From a virus: DNA of 64,000 nt. Within the stretch, counting starts at the first letter, position 1; every line of letters begins with the position of its first letter. The stretch spans positions 112,534 to 176,533 of IMG/VR virus record IMGVR_UViG_3300037245_001077; one strand, 5' to 3'. The notes under the pieces were generated by a model, which was given only the letters and a program-made list of their open reading frames with translations, made no database searches and had not been told where the DNA came from. Below are positions 18,038-26,860 of this stretch, one piece after another. The translations under genes and the position numbers were made by a program.

Positions 18038-18760
18038 ATGGTTCAGCCTGCGTCCTTTAACAACAGTTATATCATTGACTGGGTGCGTAAGAAGTTGGGT
18101 GACCCAACAGTTCAAGTTGAACTGGATGAAACCCAAATTGAACAGTCTATTGACGATGTTATGGAACTGTTCATGATATACCGCCCGGTAGAAAATAACA
18201 TTGGTCAACAATACGGTAGGGGGCATTATCTTATTGAACCCCCAGACACCGCTATTGGTGTGTTGGATGTAGAGTTTGTACGTAACGATTTCGCAACTTA
18301 TGAAAGTGTTGAGGGGGCGTTGCTGTACGACCCCTTCTACTTTCTTTCTGCCGGTGGTATCACAGGCATCGACATTCAAACCTATGACTTGGTTCGCCAT
18401 TGGCTAGAGATCATTAGCCGTGAGTTTGGGTCAGAGGAAGGGTACTTGCTGTTGGATGATGGACGAGTCTTCCTTCAGATCCCTGGTACCTTTGATGTAA
18501 CCATTAAGTGGGCAATGCCTTGGACTGGTTTGGGCAACATTCACCGCCCTTACCAACAACTCTTTCTAAACCTAGTGTTAGCAAAGAGTCGTCAGATCTT
18601 AGGTCATATTCGTGCGAAGTTTTCTCAAGGTGTTCCTGGGGCAGGTACCATGGTGCAACTGGACGGTGAGTACCAGCGTGAAAAGGGTGCCGCAGATGAA
18701 GATAAGTTCACGGATGAACTGGTACGTACCAGCCCGCACTTCTTGCCATCGATGGGGTAA
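18038..18760 (+). CDS. Neck/head-tail adaptor, T4 gp13-like
   Basis: DWVRKKLGDPTVQVELDETQIEQSID..; A..RQILG.IR.KF..G.PG....QLDG. Confidence 0.85.
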   Translation: MVQPASFNNSYIIDWVRKKLGDPTVQVELDETQIEQSIDDVMELFMIYRPVENNIGQQYGRGHYLIEPPDTAIGVLDVEFVRNDFATYESVEGALLYDPFYFLSAGGITGIDIQTYDLVRHWLEIISREFGSEEGYLLLDDGRVFLQIPGTFDVTIKWAMPWTGLGNIHRPYQQLFLNLVLAKSRQILGHIRAKFSQGVPGAGTMVQLDGEYQREKGAADEDKFTDELVRTSPHFLPSMG

Positions 18761-18763
18761 GTC

Positions 18764-19276
18764 ATGCCGTTACCGTTATTTGCTGCCACTAAAGATCGCA
18801 AGTTGATGGAACAAATCAACAAAGAGATGTATCAGTTGTATATGCACCAAATGGATGTGTACAAGCTGAGTTTTCGTACTGGTACCCAAACTTATCTATA
18901 TCATGAGGACATTCACCGGGAGATGCTTGACGAGCCTAGCTATGCTATTGAAGCGTATGTTGATGTAACGGACAACGGGTTAGCTGCCCTCTATAAGCAG
19001 GGGCAACAACTCGACAGACAACTCTTTGTGTACACTAGTCGTAAAGGGCTAGAGGATGTGCTCAAAGGTTTGAATTTAGACTACCACCGGGATGTCCCAA
19101 CTGATGGGGATATCGTGCGTATCCAAGACGGGCTATGGGAAGTGATGACTGTTGACCCAGAGGGATACCACATGAATGACCGGCGTTACCCTTTTGACTT
19201 TCAATTTATGATCGTTCCCTTACAACGTTCTAGCATCCCGAATGATGATACTCGTGAATCATTCAAGAGGCTGTAA
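18764..19276 (+). CDS. Neck/head closure protein, gp14-like
   Basis: Gene order; INKE.Y and P.DGDIV.....WEV pattern. Confidence 0.7.
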   Translation: MPLPLFAATKDRKLMEQINKEMYQLYMHQMDVYKLSFRTGTQTYLYHEDIHREMLDEPSYAIEAYVDVTDNGLAALYKQGQQLDRQLFVYTSRKGLEDVLKGLNLDYHRDVPTDGDIVRIQDGLWEVMTVDPEGYHMNDRRYPFDFQFMIVPLQRSSIPNDDTRESFKRL

Positions 19277-19833
19277 TGGCCTTTGGGGTAAGACTGGGAT
19301 CTGGGATAAAGAAACGTATCACTAAAGCTTTACGTTTGCTGAGGATTATCCACCCTACAGCGAAGTATCCTGACCCTACAATCAGTCCACAACCCTTTCT
19401 TAACAAGGGGCTTATGGCTCTTCAGGGTTTAGGCGAAGAGATGGCTAACCAGTTTGCCGATGATCTTAGACAGATCATCAGTAGGCAGTTGATTTCTTGG
19501 GTGCCATTAAGCTCTGGGTATGCGATACGTAAACGAACTTTGGGGTTAGACCCACGAATTCTCATTGCTACTGGACGGTATGTTAACTCAATCCAAGCTA
19601 TACAGCAGAAGGATGGAGGCTGGATTGTTTCTATCCCTGATGAACCCTTACGCCCAGGAAGCAAGTACACCCTTAAAGACTTAGCAAGATGGCTAGAGTA
19701 TGGAACATTGCGTATGCCTGCTCGTCCGCATTGGCGTCCTGCTCAAAATATATGGCGAACTAAGATTTATCAAATGAAGAGAAGATTGCACTTCGACCTC
19801 GTTCAAGAGTTGAAGAGAGCTGGATATAGATGA
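19276..19833 (+). CDS. Tail completion/virion morphogenesis protein (HK97 gp10-like)
   Basis: W.PLS..Y..RK...LIATG....SI and LARWLEYGT.RMPARPHWRPA. Confidence 0.8.
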   Translation: MAFGVRLGSGIKKRITKALRLLRIIHPTAKYPDPTISPQPFLNKGLMALQGLGEEMANQFADDLRQIISRQLISWVPLSSGYAIRKRTLGLDPRILIATGRYVNSIQAIQQKDGGWIVSIPDEPLRPGSKYTLKDLARWLEYGTLRMPARPHWRPAQNIWRTKIYQMKRRLHFDLVQELKRAGYR

Positions 19834-20675
19834 GCAACTGGACAGATAGCATCTACCGCCCGGATCAATTTCCAGAGACGCGGCAAATTGCTACCGAACG
19901 GGTAGAGAATTATGACGTTATCGCACGTCATGATGTTGCTCTGATGAACTACTTCACGTTTTGGATGCCTTATAAGGATAAGGAGACGAATATCCTCCAC
20001 GAGAAGCTGGTCCCCATGGTATTTGCTACGCCTCGGAGAGAGTATTCTGAGCGAGATTTGAATGCTGGAGACGATGAGAGACGAACAGCCATGGAATGGG
20101 AAGGCGATTTTCCGCCTACTCAACTTGAGAGAATAGTCTACCCATCTATAGCGGTTAGTCGAATGGATATCACCTTCGACCAAACCCGATTCGCGTATGC
20201 TCCTTGGCGGAAACTCATCTACTCTGACGATTTGAACATGGTATTGGAGTCTAATTTCCCTCTGCCCTATAATTTCTCTTACCAATTTGATTTCTGGATG
20301 CTAAACCAAGTGGACTGGAACATTTTTCAGGAGTCTTGGGCACGAAAGTTCCCGAGACCTACTCATTGGCTTGATGTAAATTTCCCCCCTCCATGGGATA
20401 TACAGTCCGTACACATGCAGACTCAGGGGCTATTGTCAAACACTTCTATTCTTGAGGGTGGAGAAGATCAACGTCAGCTTCGTGGTGTAGCTACGGTTAA
20501 CGTGTTCGGTTGGATTCCTCTACCTACACGGTGGGTTCGTACCATTCAAAAGCTCACGATAGACCTTATTGAAGAGAGTTCGCAAGAGATTCTTGAGACA
20601 TATGAAACTGAACTTCTAAGCAAGCAAGACTTCTGGGATACCGGGGATAAGGATCAGGCATGGGTATGGAAATAG
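19830..20675 (+). CDS. Tail terminator/sheath stabiliser, gp15-like
   Basis: VPMVFATP, P.I...R.DITFD..R and P.PYNFSYQ..FW; gene order. Confidence 0.75.
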   Translation: MSNWTDSIYRPDQFPETRQIATERVENYDVIARHDVALMNYFTFWMPYKDKETNILHEKLVPMVFATPRREYSERDLNAGDDERRTAMEWEGDFPPTQLERIVYPSIAVSRMDITFDQTRFAYAPWRKLIYSDDLNMVLESNFPLPYNFSYQFDFWMLNQVDWNIFQESWARKFPRPTHWLDVNFPPPWDIQSVHMQTQGLLSNTSILEGGEDQRQLRGVATVNVFGWIPLPTRWVRTIQKLTIDLIEESSQEILETYETELLSKQDFWDTGDKDQAWVWK

Positions 20676-21163
20676 ATCCTGAACAGCTCAAGCTGGGTGT
20701 TAAGGCAGAAAAAGAACACGCGGATACCGTGACGGGGAACAAGAAGAAGAAGATCCGTGCGATTGCTAAGGATCATCTTAAAGAAATCCCAGACTACTAT
20801 ACGAGGTTGAAGAAAATGGAAAAGAAAGCTGGAGTAAAAGAGTCACGTTATATGGACCCCATAGAACGTCTTCATGACGCAACTGTGGCACGTATTCGTA
20901 AAGGAGCTAAGGAAGGTAAGTACTGGCTCTTGAGATCAGAGGCCGATGAAGAACGTTGGCAATGGGCCTTAAACCGAGTGATAGAAGACACTATGGCGGC
21001 TAGTATTGGGGGCCGATCTATGCCTTTTGCGGGTGGCGGGGACTTTAACAGAAAGAAAGATCGCGCCTTCGGTGCTCGGAACAAGTGTGCCCCAGAGATG
21101 GCAAAGAATGCAGTTGATTCGTTGATAGGTAAAAAAGGGAAGAAGTCTGTTGACATACTATAA
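20660..21163 (+). CDS. DUF5661-like protein
   Basis: LKLGVKAEKEH...IAKDHLKEIPDYYTRLKKME matches my recollection of this viral family; true start may be ATG 20666. Confidence 0.7.
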   Translation: MGMEIDPEQLKLGVKAEKEHADTVTGNKKKKIRAIAKDHLKEIPDYYTRLKKMEKKAGVKESRYMDPIERLHDATVARIRKGAKEGKYWLLRSEADEERWQWALNRVIEDTMAASIGGRSMPFAGGGDFNRKKDRAFGARNKCAPEMAKNAVDSLIGKKGKKSVDIL

Positions 21164-21204
21164 CCCTAATCTATTTATTGTACGATGACTTGAGGAGGAT
21201 CTGT

Positions 21205-21570
21205 ATGAACCGGTACCTCATAATTGGAAAATCTCCGCAAATGTGCGATGTCTTTCTAAAAGACCCGAATGGGATTTTCCGGCAGCACAAATTTATCAGT
21301 GGTAAAAGTATGGAAATTACTGAAAAGGAAATGACTTTTCATGTAATTCGTCAAGAAGGTTACGGGCTTATCCAGGTTGTTAAGCTTGATCCCGTAGAGG
21401 AAGAGAAGCCTTCTCCGGTTTCAATTGTTCTTGATGAACCAGCCGAAGAACCTGAAGAAGAGATAACCACCGAGGAGAAAGCTCCTGCGGTGCATATAGA
21501 AGAGACCGAATCTGTAGAAGCGGTAGCTCCACCTCGTAAGAGGCGCAAGCGGAAGAAGCCGCAAACATAA
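21205..21570 (+). CDS. Hypothetical protein with an acidic linker and basic tip
   Basis: SD GAGGAGG before ATG 21205. Confidence 0.7.
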   Translation: MNRYLIIGKSPQMCDVFLKDPNGIFRQHKFISGKSMEITEKEMTFHVIRQEGYGLIQVVKLDPVEEEKPSPVSIVLDEPAEEPEEEITTEEKAPAVHIEETESVEAVAPPRKRRKRKKPQT

Positions 21571-21586
21571 GAACCTTTAGGAGGTT

Positions 21587-23431
21587 ATGATGGGTATTTA
21601 TGTATCTCCTGGTGTGTACACTCGGGAAATCGATCTTTCGTTGTACGTACCATCACTGTCTACTACAATCGTAGGCATGGTTGGTGTGACAACCAAGGGA
21701 CCGACTCAAGAACGTACTTACATTTCTAATCAACAGCAGTTTATCGAGGTTTTTGGCCAGCCTGATCCTGCCGTGGGTGTTGAAGCTTTCTCAGCTTTGC
21801 AGTACCTACGACGTGGTCGCCAGCTCTGGTTCGTTCGTGTGGTAGGTGACGCTGCTGCAAAAGCCACAGTAACCATGACCTATGGAGATCCTACGCTGGC
21901 TGAAACGATCAACACTGACCCCGATGGTATCTTGGTGGCTTTTGCTCACGATGATACAGGTGGTTCGGTATTCACCAACCTGCCCATTACTCCTGGGTCT
22001 ATTGACATCACAGCAGTTATTGGTACATCTGATTATCAGATCACTGATGATGGTCTTGGTGCCCTATCGGGAACTGGCCCAACTGGTGGAATCACAGGTG
22101 CTATCGACTATGTAAATGGTGAGTGGAATATTGCTTTCAACGCATCTGACCCGCCAGATGACCTCTCAGATCTCATAGCTGATTACAGCGCAGCGGTAGA
22201 GGCGTTTGAGGCTGAAGCATTGAGTGAAGGTGAGTGGGGTAACAGCGTTTCGCTTACCGTTTCTGCGGGTACTGAAGCCAACACCGTACTCCTCGAAGTT
22301 TGGTTTGAAGGCATAAAGGTTGAGCGTTTCAACAACGTAGACCTTGATGACACCACTGGAAACGCACAGTTTATCGAAACTAAGATCAATGGCGTGTCTG
22401 ACTTCATTACAGTTACCTTGGACGTTGGTCTTGTTGGTGCCTCTAGTGAGTTGCCCTCGATTACAACTACAGCACAGAGCCTAGTTGATGGAGACACTGA
22501 CGCTTCTGCTATACTAGCCGATAATATCATTGGTGAGGCGTGGAACGTTGGCTTGTCACAATCGACTGGATTGCAGCTCTTCGCTTCTCCGAGTGCGGTA
22601 GACATTAACCTGTTGGCTGCTCCTGGTTGGGCAGACGCGGCAGTGGTCAATGAGTTGCTCCAAATCGCAGAAGTCCGTGCGGATTGTATGTCGATCATTG
22701 ACCCGCCAGCGGGTCTGCGTCCTTCCGAGGTTGTAGACTGGCACAATGGTGCAGGTACTTACGCTGGGCAGCACGCAGCTTTCAATAGCTCCTATGCTGC
22801 TTTGTACTACCCGTGGGTCAAGGTGTACGACGCTTATAACGGCACATACGTTTGGACGCCTCCGTCCGGTCACGTGCTGGCTGTGTACGCCTACAGCGAC
22901 TACACTACTGAGACTTGGTTCGCTCCAGCCGGTTTGAACCGTGGTCGTGTGATTTCGGGTGTTGACATCGCGTATGACCCGACTCCGGGTGAGTTTGATC
23001 TGATGTACGGTGACGGTAACGCGGTCAACGGTATTGCACGCTTCACAAAGGACGGCTTGGTTGTTTGGGGCCAACGTACCCTACAACGTAAGCCTAGCGC
23101 ACTCGACCGTGTGAACGTTCGTCGTCTTCTCTTGTATCTCCACAAGGTTATTTCGACCTCAGTTCGTTACCTTGTGTTCGAGCCGAACGATGAAAAGACT
23201 TGGAAGCTGTTCGGCCACTTGGTTACCCCGTATCTTAACGATGTCCGTCAGCGTCGTGGGCTGTATGACTTCCGTGTAAAGTGCGATGAAAGCACTAATA
23301 CCCCTGCGGTTATTGACCGGAATGAAATGCACGCACAGATCTTCCTGAAGCCCGTAAAGGCTGCTGAGTTCATCCAGGTGGATCTCGTGATTACTGCAAC
23401 CGGTGCGAACTTTGACGAAGTACTTTACTAG
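21587..23431 (+). CDS. Tail sheath protein, gp18-like
   Basis: YVSPGVYTREIDLS, SSYAALYYPW, PPSG, WFAPAGLNRG, VWGQRTL, DRVNVRRLL, FEPND, KPVKAAEFI; start may be the second ATG (21590). Confidence 0.97.
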   Translation: MMGIYVSPGVYTREIDLSLYVPSLSTTIVGMVGVTTKGPTQERTYISNQQQFIEVFGQPDPAVGVEAFSALQYLRRGRQLWFVRVVGDAAAKATVTMTYGDPTLAETINTDPDGILVAFAHDDTGGSVFTNLPITPGSIDITAVIGTSDYQITDDGLGALSGTGPTGGITGAIDYVNGEWNIAFNASDPPDDLSDLIADYSAAVEAFEAEALSEGEWGNSVSLTVSAGTEANTVLLEVWFEGIKVERFNNVDLDDTTGNAQFIETKINGVSDFITVTLDVGLVGASSELPSITTTAQSLVDGDTDASAILADNIIGEAWNVGLSQSTGLQLFASPSAVDINLLAAPGWADAAVVNELLQIAEVRADCMSIIDPPAGLRPSEVVDWHNGAGTYAGQHAAFNSSYAALYYPWVKVYDAYNGTYVWTPPSGHVLAVYAYSDYTTETWFAPAGLNRGRVISGVDIAYDPTPGEFDLMYGDGNAVNGIARFTKDGLVVWGQRTLQRKPSALDRVNVRRLLLYLHKVISTSVRYLVFEPNDEKTWKLFGHLVTPYLNDVRQRRGLYDFRVKCDESTNTPAVIDRNEMHAQIFLKPVKAAEFIQVDLVITATGANFDEVLY

Positions 23432-23441
23432 GAGTTAAAAA

Positions 23442-23900
23442 ATGAGAGATAAGATTGTTAAAGTTAGTGATAAAGTGAAGGGCTTGCGTTCCCGGTCTAA
23501 GCGAAATATTGCGGGTTTTAAACAAGCCGCGAAAGAGTACGGTAAGGCTAAATACCCTGTTAGTCGTAAAGAGGGATTCAAAGCTGGAGGCCGTTTCTAT
23601 AAAGAGTTGGCCAAAGGTTCTGCTAGTGGGTTAAAGGCCGGGGTTAAAGGTGCTCATGCAACGGGTAAAGCGATGAAAGCTAAGTACCGTAAAGGTTTTA
23701 AAAAGGCCGGTGGGGAGTATCACACTTGGGCGAAAAGTAAAGGTGGTCGCAGTCTTCCTCGTCGATTGGTTCTTTCAAAAAGTGAAAGAGCAAATATGAA
23801 GGGTAAGAAAAAAGCTATGTTCAAGGCTGCTTTTGCCCAACACGAAGTCACCCGTGAAGAAGTTATCGCTGCTCTCGTAGAAGTTTTTATGAGCGAGTAA
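23442..23900 (+). CDS. Lys/Gly/Ala-rich basic protein with an acidic C-terminal helix
   Basis: SD AGGAG; repeated KGFK(K)AGG; ends VTREEVIAALVEVFMSE. Confidence 0.75.
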   Translation: MRDKIVKVSDKVKGLRSRSKRNIAGFKQAAKEYGKAKYPVSRKEGFKAGGRFYKELAKGSASGLKAGVKGAHATGKAMKAKYRKGFKKAGGEYHTWAKSKGGRSLPRRLVLSKSERANMKGKKKAMFKAAFAQHEVTREEVIAALVEVFMSE

Positions 23901-25102
23901 TGACTCGGGCAGAACTTCTCCACGAAGGTGGTCTTTATAAGGCTGCTTTTCGCTACGGAAGACGTAAGGTCCGTGGTGCGGGTGGTGGTGCTTGGCACTA
24001 TGCTCAGACTACTAAGCGTGATGCTAAGCGTATGGTTAAAGCCCATAGGGTATTGAAAAGAGGGGCACTTAAAACTGCCGCTCTCCGGCAAATGTTGGGT
24101 ACGGATAAGAAAAGAAAATTACGTGGTATTACACACGCAATTACAAGCAAAGCTCAAATGCGTACTCTAAAGGCTGCGTCTGATCGTCACACGAAAACTA
24201 TGGGGCGAGCAGCAACTATACGTGATACGGCTGTAGGTCGCAATGCTGTGCGGGTAGGGGCTGTAGCTTTAGGTGCTAGTGCTCTTTATTATGCTGGGGT
24301 TAAAACCTATCGTATGAAGAAGCGGCAAGCTCAAGAGCGCCCTCAATTTAGTAGTTATGATGTGTACCCTCAACTAAGCCATTCAGCGGCACGGCAACAA
24401 GTACACAACCGTCCAGTTTACTATGATGATCGTGATGTTGGTGGTGGCCCGCCTAGGGTGGAGGATATGAACATGATTAGAGAAGAACTAATTGAAATGA
24501 TGAGTATAGGTGCTTTGGCCAAACGCTCAAAGAGTAATGTGGTTGGCAAGTACAGAGAGATTGGTGGCATTAAAGGTATGCCTCGTACCTCTAAAAGAAA
24601 TATGGCTCGGACTTTTACGTCGCTTGACACAAAACGTAAGAAACGAAACAAAAAAAGAATAGCTAGTTTTGATAGGGCTGCTAAAGCGGCTACTAAAGGC
24701 AAGTATCGCAAGACCTATTCTTCTGCCATAGACCGTGCTGATCGACGGGGTAAAAAGATACACCTTGGAATAGGAGCAGGACTAGCTGCAACTGGGTCTC
24801 CAGTTGCTGGAGCTGCGATTGGTGCTTCTGGATTAATACCTTACCATCGTAAAAGTATAAAAGCGATGGAACGCCATGTGCAGGGCGTCAAAGCTGTTAA
24901 AAAGCAGATACATAAAGAGAAGAAGCGAGCTGATTCGGCTAAATACTTTAGTAAAGAGTATGTGCCTGCCTGGAACAAGGGACACGAAAAGTCGCCCGTG
25001 GTTAAGGGCTACCGAAAAATGGCCAAAAAAATCAAGCGAATGGGCGAAGAAGAAAGAAATCAACTTGTGGATATGGTATTCGAGGCTCTTCTTCGAGGGT
25101 AA
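23900..25102 (+). CDS. Basic protein with two Gly/Ala hydrophobic segments; possible internal start at 24473
   Basis: AVRVGAVALGASALYYAGV and LGIGAGLAATGSPVAGAAIGASGL; GGAGG before in-frame ATG 24467/24473. Confidence 0.75.
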   Translation: MTRAELLHEGGLYKAAFRYGRRKVRGAGGGAWHYAQTTKRDAKRMVKAHRVLKRGALKTAALRQMLGTDKKRKLRGITHAITSKAQMRTLKAASDRHTKTMGRAATIRDTAVGRNAVRVGAVALGASALYYAGVKTYRMKKRQAQERPQFSSYDVYPQLSHSAARQQVHNRPVYYDDRDVGGGPPRVEDMNMIREELIEMMSIGALAKRSKSNVVGKYREIGGIKGMPRTSKRNMARTFTSLDTKRKKRNKKRIASFDRAAKAATKGKYRKTYSSAIDRADRRGKKIHLGIGAGLAATGSPVAGAAIGASGLIPYHRKSIKAMERHVQGVKAVKKQIHKEKKRADSAKYFSKEYVPAWNKGHEKSPVVKGYRKMAKKIKRMGEEERNQLVDMVFEALLRG

Positions 25103-25149
25103 GCCCTTGGGAGTCTTTATTTGATGGATCGTGATAGGAGGATTTTAAC

Positions 25150-25689
25150 ATGCCGTATTGGGAACCAATCGGATCGGATCTTTTAGGCGCAAAGCACATC
25201 GCCAACTCTGGTGGTGGCTATGAGCCGCAGCGTGGGCATAACTTTGAGCTTCTCATCTCAGTTCCCAATGGTGACGCAGAAATTCTGCTAAAATCTGTTG
25301 AGACCTCGTTGGGTATCAGCCACAATAGTGAACCTCTTGCGCTGCCTTACATGAACGAGACCGTGTACATCGCCGGTCGTCCGCTGTACGCTCCTGGTCC
25401 TGTGGTCTATCGTGACATGGTGAACATGGGTGTTTACGGAATGATCGAGTCGTGGTACAACTTGGTCTATAACCCCTTTACCTCTGAGATCGGTTACGCA
25501 GCCGATTACAAGAGCATGGGCACCTTAACCATGTACGATGTCAAGGGTATAATTGCTCGTTCTTGGGAGCTTATCGGCATTTGGCCGCAAGACATTTCCC
25601 AGGAAGCCCCGTCCGCAGTCAATGGCGACATTATGCGCCTTAATGTGACGTTCCAGTTTGATAAAGCTGTACCGTTGTTTATCGTGTAA
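25150..25689 (+). CDS. Tail tube protein, gp19-like
   Basis: EPQR..NFEL, PY.NE..Y.AGRP, W...VYNP.T..IGYAADYK, W.L.G.WP, VTFQFD. Confidence 0.92.
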   Translation: MPYWEPIGSDLLGAKHIANSGGGYEPQRGHNFELLISVPNGDAEILLKSVETSLGISHNSEPLALPYMNETVYIAGRPLYAPGPVVYRDMVNMGVYGMIESWYNLVYNPFTSEIGYAADYKSMGTLTMYDVKGIIARSWELIGIWPQDISQEAPSAVNGDIMRLNVTFQFDKAVPLFIV

Positions 25690-25729
25690 ATATTAGTTTT
25701 TGCTAAGAATATCTCTTTATAAGACCTTT

Positions 25730-25770
25730 CAGCCTGCCTTGCATCTTTTATGAGGGCAGGCTGTATTTTT
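25730..25770 (+). terminator. Intrinsic terminator after the tube gene
   Basis: Stem CAGCCTGCCTT/AGGGCAGGCTG followed by TATTTTT. Confidence 0.8.
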
Positions 25771-25804
25771 AGGCCGAAGACGACAACCCAATGAGGAGGA
25801 TCTA

Positions 25805-26707
25805 ATGGGTGACTTTGAATTCCTAGAACCAATCCCGAAGACGAGTGTAAGCGTTAAGCTTCCTTCACGCGGAGTACCTTATCCTAAAGGAAGTCCGATG
25901 GAGACTGGTAAGCTCACACTAACTCCAATGACCATGGTTGAAGAAGCCATGGTAACTAATCCGAAGACAGCAGGCGGTGATACCGTAGACCGAATTCTTA
26001 GACGGTGCATCCAAGAGTCTATTGATGTGAATGTGTTGCTTGGTTCAGACAAGTTCTTCTTGTTTATGATGCTCCGGGCAATAACCTATGGCCCTGACTA
26101 CACTTTCGAGTGGACGTGCCCAGCGATGTTGACACCAACTGATATTTGCAACACCCGGAACACTACTACTGTAAGAATCCCTGATGACTTCCAAGTAAAG
26201 TATCTGGCGGACGAAGACACAGAACCTTACACCGTTCGACTTCCTGACTGTCAACGTGAGATCTCGTTCCGGCTGCTTCGTGGGTATGACGAGCCGATTA
26301 TCGAGGGGCATAGTGCCAAGATCGAGGCGCAAGAGAAGGCAGGCATTCAAATGATGGATACCACTCCTGTCTTCCGTCTTGTTCGTCAAATTGTTAAGGT
26401 GGATGATAAGGATGTCACGGAAGCTCCTGAAGACAAGATGATGGCTTTCGTGCAATCAATTCCTCCCAAGGACATCCAATTGCTTAAGGGGCGCATGGCT
26501 CATTTCACCCCAGGTTTAAGTACAGATATCACCCTGGTCTGTGAGAAGTGCAAGAACGTGCATGAATGGGACTTGCCGTTTACGGCGAACTTTTTTCGTG
26601 TCATCGATTCGACCACCGGAAGACCAGTTGGCGATGAAGTTCGATCTGATGTACTACCTGGGGATGCGTCACGAGGAGATAATGAGGATGGACCTAGCGG
26701 AGCTTAA
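25805..26707 (+). CDS. Baseplate hub/tail assembly chaperone, T4 gp26-like
   Basis: VKLPSRG..Y, PMT..EE, D..FL...LRA.TYG..Y, two Cys pairs, ..NFF; lies between tube and tape measure. Confidence 0.85.
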   Translation: MGDFEFLEPIPKTSVSVKLPSRGVPYPKGSPMETGKLTLTPMTMVEEAMVTNPKTAGGDTVDRILRRCIQESIDVNVLLGSDKFFLFMMLRAITYGPDYTFEWTCPAMLTPTDICNTRNTTTVRIPDDFQVKYLADEDTEPYTVRLPDCQREISFRLLRGYDEPIIEGHSAKIEAQEKAGIQMMDTTPVFRLVRQIVKVDDKDVTEAPEDKMMAFVQSIPPKDIQLLKGRMAHFTPGLSTDITLVCEKCKNVHEWDLPFTANFFRVIDSTTGRPVGDEVRSDVLPGDASRGDNEDGPSGA

Positions 26708-26855
26708 CTTCTATTACGAAAAACTCCGTAAGGTGAAAGCGATTGAAGCTGATCTAGAGAAGTTAAAGATTGAAGCTACGCTAGCAGCCGCTTCCTCGGG
26801 TTCATTAAAGAGACAGTTCGGTGGCGGGGGTAAACCCGACACACTTGAAGGATAA
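26595..26855 (+). CDS. gp51-like chaperone segment, probably reached by +1 frameshift from the gp26-like ORF
   Basis: KFDLMYYLGM.HEEIM.M.LAE..FYYEKL resembles the gp51 pattern; +1 frame; no good SD before ATG 26634; overlaps TTTTTTCG. Confidence 0.7.
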   Translation, partial: FVSSIRPPEDQLAMKFDLMYYLGMRHEEIMRMDLAELNFYYEKLRKVKAIEADLEKLKIEATLAAASSGSLKRQFGGGGKPDTLEG

Positions 26856-26860
26856 GGAAC

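Noticed and set aside
21150-21186. Sigma70 promoter at TTGACA 21150
   Set aside because: No acceptable -10 box at 16-18 nt spacing
21532-21567. PRKRRKRKK as a nuclear localisation signal implying a eukaryotic host
   Set aside because: The amidase, SD sites and sigma70 promoters indicate a bacterial host, and basic tails are common in this window
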